64,000 nt of DNA from a virus (taxonomy: Duplodnaviria > Caudoviricetes), in the IMG/VR virus record IMGVR_UViG_2654588048_000003, positions 14,809 through 78,808 of that record; one strand, given 5' to 3'. The notes beneath the pieces were generated by a model. It was not told the DNA's origin. It ran no database searches and worked only from the letters and a program-made list of their open reading frames with translations. Of this stretch, positions 21,112 to 29,048 are shown one piece after another; within the stretch, counting starts at the first letter, position 1; every line of letters begins with the position of its first letter. The position numbers were made by a program, and so were the translations under genes.

Positions 21112-21424
21112 GCCATGCCTCTTTATCGACAAAGTAGACCTTTAACCGGTTCCCCAATTCACTACGCTGAACTGAATTAATCCCCAATCCAGAGCCATCA
21201 CTCATTAATATGATGAACGGGAGATTTTTAGTGAATAACGCAGGACTGTTTACTGTCAGGCCATACAGTTGAGCAATATATTCATCTGTATTGGTATCCA
21301 GTAAATCAAACTGCCAGCCGTTAGAAGTGGGATTGAAATAGAGCGTAAATCTCAAGTTCATATCGAACAGCGTAAAAGACTGCTCCTGAACTTCTTCGGT
21401 TGATACGGGTATTTCGTATATCAT
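21086..21424 (-). CDS. Baseplate/tail protein
   Basis: Synteny; EIP...QSF..W.FDL. Confidence 0.7.
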   Translation of the reverse strand: MIYEIPVSTEEVQEQSFTLFDMNLRFTLYFNPTSNGWQFDLLDTNTDEYIAQLYGLTVNSPALFTKNLPFIILMSDGSGLGINSVQRSELGNRLKVYFVDKEAWHEAIRTTD

Positions 21425-22176
21425 TTGCTATCTCCGAAAAGCCAATCAAGCAGCGATTTTTTACCGTCATTCTTGACTAATTTAGGCTGAGTCTTCCCCA
21501 TGTTTTTCTTTTTAGGGGATGACTTTTTAATATTGGGATGCAACCCCTGAGCCGTTTGCGTCTCAACAATAAATATCTCACGCAATGTCAAACTGAACTC
21601 AGCCGATCCCTCATTCATCTGGGTAACACTGATACTCACGAGCATCATGTTTTTATACTGTTTCAGGCCAGTCATGACGGTAATAGGTTCGCCGCTCTTC
21701 TGTAAGTTAAGCAGGTCATTATAGGCTTTACCGACCCTATCCAGTGTCTGAGAGCTATCCTCTGCCAAACCGTTACGATTGGGCAACCACGGCGCTAAGG
21801 GGCGGTTGTAGCCTATTTGCTCCAGCATGGATTCACCCATCGATATATAGCGATTCACCATAGATTCAGCTTGCTTTGTCATGGCTCGGATTTCGATAGG
21901 AAGCGGGTATTTATCCATCGCGGCAGAAAGGTCGCCGCCAATCAACTTATTGAAATGTTGCGGAGGCTGATAGCCAACCATTATCCCTGCAATCGTAATC
22001 TCTTTCGGCTCCAGAACGGCATGGTCTGCAATTGCCGCCCCCGACTCGATAGGGTTTTCAGTAATGCGTAGATTTGAACTGTGATTCTCGATAACCACAC
22101 AGTCAAATTGAAACTCACCAATAGAGCGCGTTATTACCGAGGCGCTCATGGTGTTAAAACCGCTTAGTAAGTCCAT
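21421..22176 (-). CDS. Dit-like/tail tube initiator protein
   Basis: ITENPIESGAAIADHA, TGLKQYKNM. Confidence 0.8.
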   Translation of the reverse strand: MDLLSGFNTMSASVITRSIGEFQFDCVVIENHSSNLRITENPIESGAAIADHAVLEPKEITIAGIMVGYQPPQHFNKLIGGDLSAAMDKYPLPIEIRAMTKQAESMVNRYISMGESMLEQIGYNRPLAPWLPNRNGLAEDSSQTLDRVGKAYNDLLNLQKSGEPITVMTGLKQYKNMMLVSISVTQMNEGSAEFSLTLREIFIVETQTAQGLHPNIKKSSPKKKNMGKTQPKLVKNDGKKSLLDWLFGDSK

Positions 22177-22277
22177 AGTCAGATCCAATAAAAAAAGGCC
22201 GCATTTGCGACCTTAGATGTGAAAAACCTGCTCGGGGTGGGCTATATTCAAGTTGATTCTGTTCTGTCAAAGAGATG

Positions 22278-22559
22278 CTATAAGCCAAGCTCTGAGTGAG
22301 AACCAAGGCGGACAAGGCGTAATATGTCAGCGTCTGGCTTCTGATAAATCAATATCAAGTCAGGTTTAATGTGGCAGTCTCGAAAATCCTTCCAATCACC
22401 AGAAAGGGCATGATCACAATATTTCGGTTCTAGCAAGCTATCAGAGGCCAATAATTCAGTCACCGTCATAAGTGCGTCATCCAGAGTTTCACGATGACGA
22501 CCTTTCTTTTCTCTCTTGTAATCTCGCTTAAACTGGCTTGTATAATCAGTCGTCCGCAT
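22278..22559 (-). CDS. yafQ: YafQ-family mRNA interferase toxin
   Basis: FKRDYK, DHALSGDWKDFRDCHIKPDLILIY, RLGSHSEL. Confidence 0.93.
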   Translation of the reverse strand: MRTTDYTSQFKRDYKREKKGRHRETLDDALMTVTELLASDSLLEPKYCDHALSGDWKDFRDCHIKPDLILIYQKPDADILRLVRLGSHSELGL

Positions 22560-22809
22560 TGAGATCAGCCATTAAATCTTTAACTGAGGAAAATGATTTA
22601 CCGCCACCTTTGCGAGCTTCTTTCATTGCGGCTATTGTTGTCTCATTCGGTATCAGAGGCTCAAACGGCAATATCTTATCTCTTGCCACTCGCGTTAACA
22701 TCATGCGGACGGCATCTGATACAGTCAGTCCCATCGCAGCCAAAACAGCAGCCGCTTCTGCTTTAATCTCACCGTCAATACGGGTTTGTATTAGCTGGTT
22801 TGTAGCCAT
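22546..22809 (-). CDS. dinJ: DinJ/RelB antitoxin
   Basis: RID.EIKAEA..VL..MGLTVSDAVRM, PNETTIAAM. Confidence 0.92.
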   Translation of the reverse strand: MATNQLIQTRIDGEIKAEAAAVLAAMGLTVSDAVRMMLTRVARDKILPFEPLIPNETTIAAMKEARKGGGKSFSSVKDLMADLNADD

Positions 22810-22833
22810 AATAAAATCTCTCATTGAATGACG

Positions 22834-22855
22834 TTGTAATTCAATTGTAATTCAA
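22834..22855. promoter_or_regulatory. Probable dinJ-yafQ operator
   Basis: TTGTAATTCAA twice, forming an imperfect palindrome upstream of dinJ. Confidence 0.5.
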
Positions 22856-22927
22856 TGAATACCTATTATCAACTTTGATGGGTAAAAAATAACCTCTTTC
22901 GAGCTTCAAGCCATCCGTGGCTTGGGG

Positions 22928-23491
22928 TTAGAACACATGAATTGATAGAGAAAACATATCTTCTATGTGATATCCATATCGCCTGGCCACTCCGTTGATA
23001 ATTCCTTCGGGCGTTTCCGTTCCACCTTTGAAAACTTCTGTCTTGTTGAGATGCTTATCGTAGACTTCCATCTTAATGATGTATCTGAAATTTGGTGGCT
23101 GCTTTACCGGAGCTTTCGCCTTAACTTCACCAGTAGTCCAGTATTCATAAAGAACATCGTCGCACTCATCTTGATACCGGATAACTTTATCCCTGATCGA
23201 TGCTTTAACTTTATTGGGGCTGATAGTTGCTAACCAGCCAGCAAGTTTGCGAAGGGCTAGGCAAACCATGTCTTGATTTCCTGTTTTGGTAGGTATTTCG
23301 ATTTCCGAAACACCTTTGCTAAAGCGCTGTTTTAATTTAACAAACTGAGCGCCCCAAGCTAAACCCATACCTTCAACAATAGGCTTCATTGGCACATATG
23401 GCTCGCCGTTATAATTAACGACATATAGATCTGAGCCATGAAATGGGACGTTAATAGTTTTACTTGGTTCATTAACTGGTATACTTAACAT
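22928..23491 (-). CDS. Antirepressor with P22AR N-terminal domain
   Basis: VPFHG..L...EPYVPMKPIVEGMGLAW..Q, LRKLAGWL, YQDECD.VLYEYW. Confidence 0.9.
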   Translation of the reverse strand: MLSIPVNEPSKTINVPFHGSDLYVVNYNGEPYVPMKPIVEGMGLAWGAQFVKLKQRFSKGVSEIEIPTKTGNQDMVCLALRKLAGWLATISPNKVKASIRDKVIRYQDECDDVLYEYWTTGEVKAKAPVKQPPNFRYIIKMEVYDKHLNKTEVFKGGTETPEGIINGVARRYGYHIEDMFSLSIHVF

Positions 23492-23738
23492 GTTTACTTC
23501 CTATGGCTAGGGTAGACGATTTATTGAAGCCCCTGACTACTGGTAATAGTTGGGGGCTTCACCGTTTTACAGTGATAAAGCGACACTATTTATCGCGTGA
23601 TTGTCACTTTTTGTAAAGATAACCTTTGTGAATTTGGGAAGTGCTTCGTAAATCAAATTTATAGCGAGTTAATCGATTGCATTAATAACGTAATGTGATA
23701 ATTTAACTATCCCTCAGCCATCCTTGGCCTCCAAATCC

Positions 23739-24497
23739 TTACGCTACTTCTACACCGTGAATCAGATGTCTGAGTGCTTTGATACCATTCTCGTTGTAAC
23801 GGAAAGCTTCGACCTGCTTATCAGAGTGAGCGGACTTATCCAGAAAGAACTTCCCGTACTGCTCATTCTTGAGGTTGTTCTTGTTGGCAATACGTCCAAT
23901 CTTGTTCGCTGACACTTCCAGCATTCCGCCTACTTCTCCAGCCGTGTAGTATTTTTCTTCCAGAGCGGGGAGAGGTACGGCTTCAAAGCCGACTATTGGG
24001 TTAACAATGTTGGCTGCTGCACACTGTTTTGCCTCACTACTCAGGTTTGGCATCAGGTCAAACAGATTGGAGATCGCATCAACCGACATCTTCAACGTTC
24101 TGGCACGACGATATTCGGGCAATCCAGATTGACTCTGTTTGATTGAATAGCTTCCTGTCTCCATAATGGATGGAAGCACGGATTCAAACACCCAATCTTG
24201 AAAACGTTCGGCAGAAGGCAAATTACTACGCATAATCAGACGGAACATGTCAGACTGACCCACAAGAATGATACCTTTCGGCTTAAACCCTAACCCTAAT
24301 TGTTCTGTATCAGCACAATTAAGTTTAATCAAAGACTTACAATGATCATTCAAAGCCTTAGCGGGCTGTACATAGCCCAAAGCCTGAGCCAATTCCACGG
24401 CAAAGAACACAGGCTTGCCTTTATATTTCAGCCCAGAGATGGTTACTAATTGGTCATTACTTGACTTGAACTCAAAATGTTTGATAATTGACTTCAT
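23739..24497 (-). CDS. Bro-N domain antirepressor-like protein
   Basis: P.FFA.ELA.ALGY, LIMRSNLPSAERFQDWVFESVLPSI. Confidence 0.9.
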   Translation of the reverse strand: MKSIIKHFEFKSSNDQLVTISGLKYKGKPVFFAVELAQALGYVQPAKALNDHCKSLIKLNCADTEQLGLGFKPKGIILVGQSDMFRLIMRSNLPSAERFQDWVFESVLPSIMETGSYSIKQSQSGLPEYRRARTLKMSVDAISNLFDLMPNLSSEAKQCAAANIVNPIVGFEAVPLPALEEKYYTAGEVGGMLEVSANKIGRIANKNNLKNEQYGKFFLDKSAHSDKQVEAFRYNENGIKALRHLIHGVEVA

Positions 24498-24685
24498 ATA
24501 TCTCTCCAGTGATATACCTATGAACACCAGCAACAGCAAACTGCTGGTTTTCTGTTTTCAGAACACTTGCAGGTGCTCTGGAAATTTGATTTGTCATTCG
24601 TTACAATGGTTAAGTTGTTTGTCTCACACGATAAATAACACTCAGGAGCCCTAGTCTGTTCGCGCAGCTAGGGCTTCGCTGCTTT

Positions 24686-24856
24686 CTATGCTGCATTCTT
24701 CCTTTGCCCTATTACTCTATTCATTCTGTCCTTCAAAATTTTCACAATCTCGGCATTTAGAGAGCGCCCGCTCTCGTTGGACTCTTCTTCATACCACTCT
24801 CTTAACTCAGGCGGCATTCTTAATGGATACGGGGGTATCCTTTGCTTGTGACTCAT
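24686..24856 (-). CDS. arc: Arc-like ribbon-helix-helix repressor (56 aa, not in ORF track)
   Basis: MSHKQRIPPYPLRMPPELREWYEEESNESGRSLNAEIVKILKDRMNRVIGQRKNAA. Confidence 0.88.
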   Translation of the reverse strand: MSHKQRIPPYPLRMPPELREWYEEESNESGRSLNAEIVKILKDRMNRVIGQRKNAA

Positions 24857-24979
24857 AATGATTCCTTTTTATCTTTCAAACCATCTTAATATAGTCAAAT
24901 GGTGGATCATAATGATTCATTTGTCAAACAGATATTTGATACCTATACTGCCAATTAGTGAGTCTAAAGGAGTCAAATA

Positions 24980-25420
24980 ATGTCACGTATAGCGCCATAC
25001 CCTTTACGAATGCCGCCTGAGTTAAGGGAAGCGTTAGAAGAGAGAGCTACAAAATCAAAGAGAAGCCTCCAGCAAGAGGTCATTTATCACATAGATATGT
25101 CGCTACAACTCGAAAAGCTTCTCGCGTCAGCGCCGCCATCATCAGACGATACCTATAAGCGAATAGCAAAGGCATTGAGACTAGAAAATGAAGTCAAAAA
25201 GAAAGATAAAAAAATTGAAGAGCTAAAGATGCAAGTCAGTCTGTTGGCTGAATCAACAAAAAACTCAGATACAGACAAATTTCGGGATATTGAAACTCAA
25301 GCAAGGTTTGCCCAAGAAGCATTAGAAAAGTTAATAAAAAATATCCCTCTAAGATATGAGGAGTTAGGTGAGAAGCTTACGCTCGCTAGAAGCATTTTTC
25401 CCAACAAAAAAGCCAAGTAG
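24980..25420 (+). CDS. Mnt-like RHH repressor with coiled-coil C-terminus
   Basis: YPLRMPPELRE.LE.RA....RSL..E; divergent from arc as in P22 immI. Confidence 0.85.
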   Translation: MSRIAPYPLRMPPELREALEERATKSKRSLQQEVIYHIDMSLQLEKLLASAPPSSDDTYKRIAKALRLENEVKKKDKKIEELKMQVSLLAESTKNSDTDKFRDIETQARFAQEALEKLIKNIPLRYEELGEKLTLARSIFPNKKAK

Positions 25421-25442
25421 GTATTATCAATTGGTTATCCAG

Positions 25443-25763
25443 CTACCGACAAATTTGGCGGTAGGGCTAAGCGGGAATTCCCACTTAGATCTGAATGAAC
25501 CGCATTGATTACTTTCAGACCAGACTGCATATTTGCAGTCTGAATATTTTTCAATGAGTTATCTATCTATTCACCCTAAGCCCTATTTCGGGCTTAGGTC
25601 AATATAACCTAAGCAGGAATTCTTGCTTAGCTCAAGTTAACTACCGTGATCTCGGTAGTTTCTACCAAGCTGCAAATATGCAGCTTGATTATTTTTCAAT
25701 GGATTATATTAAATTACTGACCTAAAAAATTTCGTAATCACTTCTCCTCAAATTGGGGAAAAG
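25443..25763. repeat. Array of sequence-diverse 22-23 bp near-perfect palindromes with IHF-like sites
   Basis: Units at 25443-25464, 25467-25488, 25521-25542, 25576-25597, 25609-25630, 25639-25660, 25666-25687, 25741-25763. Confidence 0.9.
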
Positions 25764-25797
25764 CCCACTGTAGGCCGCCCGGTGGCATATCATCAAC

Positions 25798-25819
25798 AAA
25801 AAAGCCCCGTGATGGGGCT
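25798..25819 (-). terminator. Intrinsic terminator of the TA-like operon
   Basis: AGCCCC stem with U6 on minus strand. Confidence 0.75.
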
Positions 25820-25843
25820 GTTTGTATTCTTTCTGCTATTGAG

Positions 25844-26197
25844 TTAAGCCGCTTTGTGACGTTTATTAGGCGGCTTTCTTTTTTCATTCTTCATCGCCCT
25901 ACTGTGAGCTTCGGCAAGTATCCGTTTTTTCTCACTATTGGCAAAGCGATTTAAAACTTGCCTGATTAATGGCTGATAGCCTAAACCACTAAGGTCGGCT
26001 ATCATTTTCAAATCTTCTATCAGAGATTTATTTAATCTGATTGAAATTGGCTGTAAGTCCAACGCTTCATTAATCAGATCTTCTGTTATGTCATCAGATA
26101 CTTTAACGTGAGCTTCACTGCATCCAAGCTCACCGTTATCCCACGCGTCATTAGTGGAAGCTATCAGGTGTGTTCGCTTATCAGTTTGTTTGCTCAT
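25844..26197 (-). CDS. CopG/BrnA-like antitoxin
   Basis: AWDNGELG; LQPISIRL...L..IA...GLGYQPLIRQVL RHH. Confidence 0.7.
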   Translation of the reverse strand: MSKQTDKRTHLIASTNDAWDNGELGCSEAHVKVSDDITEDLINEALDLQPISIRLNKSLIEDLKMIADLSGLGYQPLIRQVLNRFANSEKKRILAEAHSRAMKNEKRKPPNKRHKAA

Positions 26198-26496
26198 TTC
26201 TCTGTTCCTAGGCCGTATTTTTTGTAAATTCTTAATTCATCTTCGTTAGGTGCATAAGCCGTCCTTATAGCAACCCCTTTTTCTGGGTAATAAATAAAGA
26301 CTATCTTTAACTTAACACCATAATCAGTTTCAGATATAAACCACTTAGTCGGCGGGTCAGTTCTGTTATCTTCCCTTGTGTCTTCAAGGAAGTATCCAAC
26401 CCGATTCGAAAAACACTGGAGTATATCTTCTTCATTAACAGGCGGGTTTTTGTCTGCCAACTTCAATCTGATGTTTGATGAAATCAAGAGCTTCAT
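26194..26496 (-). CDS. BrnT/DUF4258-like putative toxin
   Basis: EDTRE..RTDPPT.WFI.ET..G..LK.VF...IRTAY; ATGA-coupled to the RHH gene. Confidence 0.6.
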   Translation of the reverse strand: MKLLISSNIRLKLADKNPPVNEEDILQCFSNRVGYFLEDTREDNRTDPPTKWFISETDYGVKLKIVFIYYPEKGVAIRTAYAPNEDELRIYKKYGLGTEK

Positions 26497-26764
26497 GTAT
26501 CGGCGTCTTTAACCTATGGTTAATCTGTATATACAGAGTACACCACGAAACAGATCCAAACAACTCAAAAAGACTCATAAGTATCTATGAGTTTTGTATC
26601 ATCAATAGATAAAATGCATTACATGATTATTAAATCTGTATATACAAAAATTTAGATAATTAAAGTCATCTGTGGATTGGCTGCTATCACTTCTTCATAC
26701 TCACCAATCTGCGCTTGCCGCTCACTTACAAGCATCTCCAATAAAAGCCCCTCGCGGGGCTAAT

Positions 26765-27052
26765 TTACTTCTTCTCATCCATAGCGATGATTTCTTTGGC
26801 GGTTTTGCCTCCGATCATCTTGTTGATTGCTTTTACCTTATCTTCTTCGTTGTCTGTTACTAAGCGAGCAGCCAACCCAACATTAAGAACAGCCGCTTTG
26901 AATTTTGCTGCCTCATCTTTATCAAGTGATTTATAAATAGCTTGCGTAGAAGTCTTTAAAACCTCAGGGTTTGATGCATCTATCTTTAACTCTTTTTCGC
27001 CGCATCCAGCTAAAAAAACAGCCAAGATAATTGGTAATAACAATTTTTTCAT
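26765..27052 (-). CDS. Small lipoprotein moron
   Basis: MKKLLLPIILAVFLAGC lipobox; own terminator at ~26743-26761. Confidence 0.85.
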   Translation of the reverse strand: MKKLLLPIILAVFLAGCGEKELKIDASNPEVLKTSTQAIYKSLDKDEAAKFKAAVLNVGLAARLVTDNEEDKVKAINKMIGGKTAKEIIAMDEKK

Positions 27053-27119
27053 AATGATTCTCTCAAAAAAAGATTGATGATTAATTAAACCACTAAGAAA
27101 CTGCAATCGGAAGCAAACT

Positions 27120-29048
27120 TTACCCAGCTCCGTTAGTTAACTGGTTTTTTGTATTGTAGCCAGCAGCTTTTAATGCTTTACTGAATCCATCAATAGACCG
27201 CTGAGCTACAGCCTCAGAAGACCCGCCTGTTACTGATTGATGTATAGTGACATTTCCGTATTGGGTACCCTGTACAGCGCTATTAGTGGTATTGCTAGCA
27301 TTAGCAACAGCACTACCGATAAATCCCCCTGAGCCAGCCATAACAGAAGATTGAATATTTTTAAGATCATCATCACTAAAACCAAAGGTGGGTTCATCTG
27401 GTTTTGTATTTCCAGTAAAAAAGTCACTTACAGCCTTAATCTTAGCAGCCACTTTGTTGTAGTACTCCATTACCCAATCCAGCGCATCCTTAAATGGCTT
27501 CTTAATCAGTTCCTTCACCTCAGAGAATCGCTTACCGATACCATCAACAAACTTACTTACGTCATTTTCGTTCAGCCCGAATAGGCTCAGAACGAACTTG
27601 AACGCCTCTTTAAATGGGGTAGTCAGTAAGTCAAGGATCAGGTCAAAGATCTTACCGAGTTTCTTTGTCCATGTTGTCGAGTCATCGGTGAAGATGCTAT
27701 ATAGGCCTTTGACGAACTTGAATGCGGCTACGAATGGGTAGGTAATCCAGTACCAGATAAAGCTAAATCCTTCTCCTAGTTTATCAACGAACCGATTAGC
27801 ATCCTGCTCATTCATGCCGAACTGTTTCAGGATGTATTTAAAGCCGTCACGGAATATCCGCTTAATCTCCTGCCACGTCTTGGCAATCATCTTCCAGAAG
27901 CCACCGAATGCCGATTCTCCTGTGGTTATCCATTGGTACAGGTCATACAGGACATAGGCCAGCCCCGCAATTAACGCTATCACTAATCCGATGGGGTTCA
28001 TCATTAGCGCACGACCCAGCCAGATAAAGGCTTTGCCCGCTGTCATGACCAGCGTTATTACCCGGGAGATAGGGGAGAAGATGAGTTTCAGTGCACTAGC
28101 AAATCCACCCACGCCTTTTGTTACCGCCAGAAATACATTGGAGCCAAACATTATCGCTAACATGCCGCCGATGAGCTTTATCGTGGTCTGCATCTCACCG
28201 GATAAGTTATTCCACCACGCCTTAACATCCTTTATCCATTTGATGCACGCTCCCCAGAAATCACCGAATAGGGAGTCTCCACCGTCAAGGTAGACCATCA
28301 GGTCATCCAGTAGCAGCATCAGTCCGGCTATGGCGGCAATGACCCAGAAAACGGGGTTGGCAATGAACGTCATGATCATCCCGCGTTTAACTATTGCCAG
28401 TACGCCCGCCAGTATCAATAGTGCGTTTTTCCAGCCAATCGTCCCGCCAATGGCTTTATCAACGGCTTTCACTGAGTTCATGACAACCTGAATGACTTTG
28501 CCGCCTGCCTGGATAACTTTAGTTAATCCTTTGGTGATTAAATCTTTATTGGCAGTTATCCAGTCATTGAACTTCTTCACGATAGCCGTCAGGGAGGGGA
28601 CGAGATTTAAGGCGATTTTAGTCTTAACTGACTGGATCGCCAGCCCCGTCTTTTGCATCGCCTCCTGATACTCGTCAGCCTGTGCCAGTTCCTGCTTTGA
28701 AATGTCGTACAACAAGCCTTTCTGTTCAGCCAGTTCTTTAGCACCTGCCAGTGATTCGTTAATGAATCCCATGACTTTAGCTGTGGCCATGCCAACGACA
28801 GCAGTTACACCGACTGCCAGTAGCTTTAGCTTGTTCAGGGAGCCTTGTGCTTCCTCCGCTTTCTGCCCGGCTTCGTCCAGATTGTCAGAGGTGTTATCGC
28901 CGATATCATCCATATTCTGGTTGATCTTGTTGGCCTCATTCGCAATCTGTACCGCAGCAGCAGCGAGGGCAACAATGACATCATTGATTTTGGCTGCCTG
29001 TGTTGTGTCCACGCCAATGCTGACGAGCAGCTCATCGATTTGCATCAT
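27120..29048 (-). CDS. Tape measure protein
   Basis: Long helical protein with W/F periodicity, after tail chaperones. Confidence 0.9.
   Translation of the reverse strand: MMQIDELLVSIGVDTTQAAKINDVIVALAAAAVQIANEANKINQNMDDIGDNTSDNLDEAGQKAEEAQGSLNKLKLLAVGVTAVVGMATAKVMGFINESLAGAKELAEQKGLLYDISKQELAQADEYQEAMQKTGLAIQSVKTKIALNLVPSLTAIVKKFNDWITANKDLITKGLTKVIQAGGKVIQVVMNSVKAVDKAIGGTIGWKNALLILAGVLAIVKRGMIMTFIANPVFWVIAAIAGLMLLLDDLMVYLDGGDSLFGDFWGACIKWIKDVKAWWNNLSGEMQTTIKLIGGMLAIMFGSNVFLAVTKGVGGFASALKLIFSPISRVITLVMTAGKAFIWLGRALMMNPIGLVIALIAGLAYVLYDLYQWITTGESAFGGFWKMIAKTWQEIKRIFRDGFKYILKQFGMNEQDANRFVDKLGEGFSFIWYWITYPFVAAFKFVKGLYSIFTDDSTTWTKKLGKIFDLILDLLTTPFKEAFKFVLSLFGLNENDVSKFVDGIGKRFSEVKELIKKPFKDALDWVMEYYNKVAAKIKAVSDFFTGNTKPDEPTFGFSDDDLKNIQSSVMAGSGGFIGSAVANASNTTNSAVQGTQYGNVTIHQSVTGGSSEAVAQRSIDGFSKALKAAGYNTKNQLTNGAG

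Noticed and set aside
23572-23653. Weak palindromes at 23572-23596 and 23632-23653 as array members
   Set aside because: Short arms or several mismatches in AT-rich DNA, and no IHF motif at 6 bp.
25713-25738. Additional array unit ATTAC...GTAAT
   Set aside because: Only 5-bp arms and wrong length; possibly decayed but unsupported.
25443-25763. CRISPR array or REP/BIME interpretation of the palindrome cluster
   Set aside because: No repeated identical unit, irregular 2-53 bp gaps, no cas or RAYT gene recognised, no GTAG-type REP consensus.
26524-26537. SOS box at TCTGTATATACAGA
   Set aside because: Spacer of 6 nt between CTG and CAG instead of 10; more likely an antitoxin operator.
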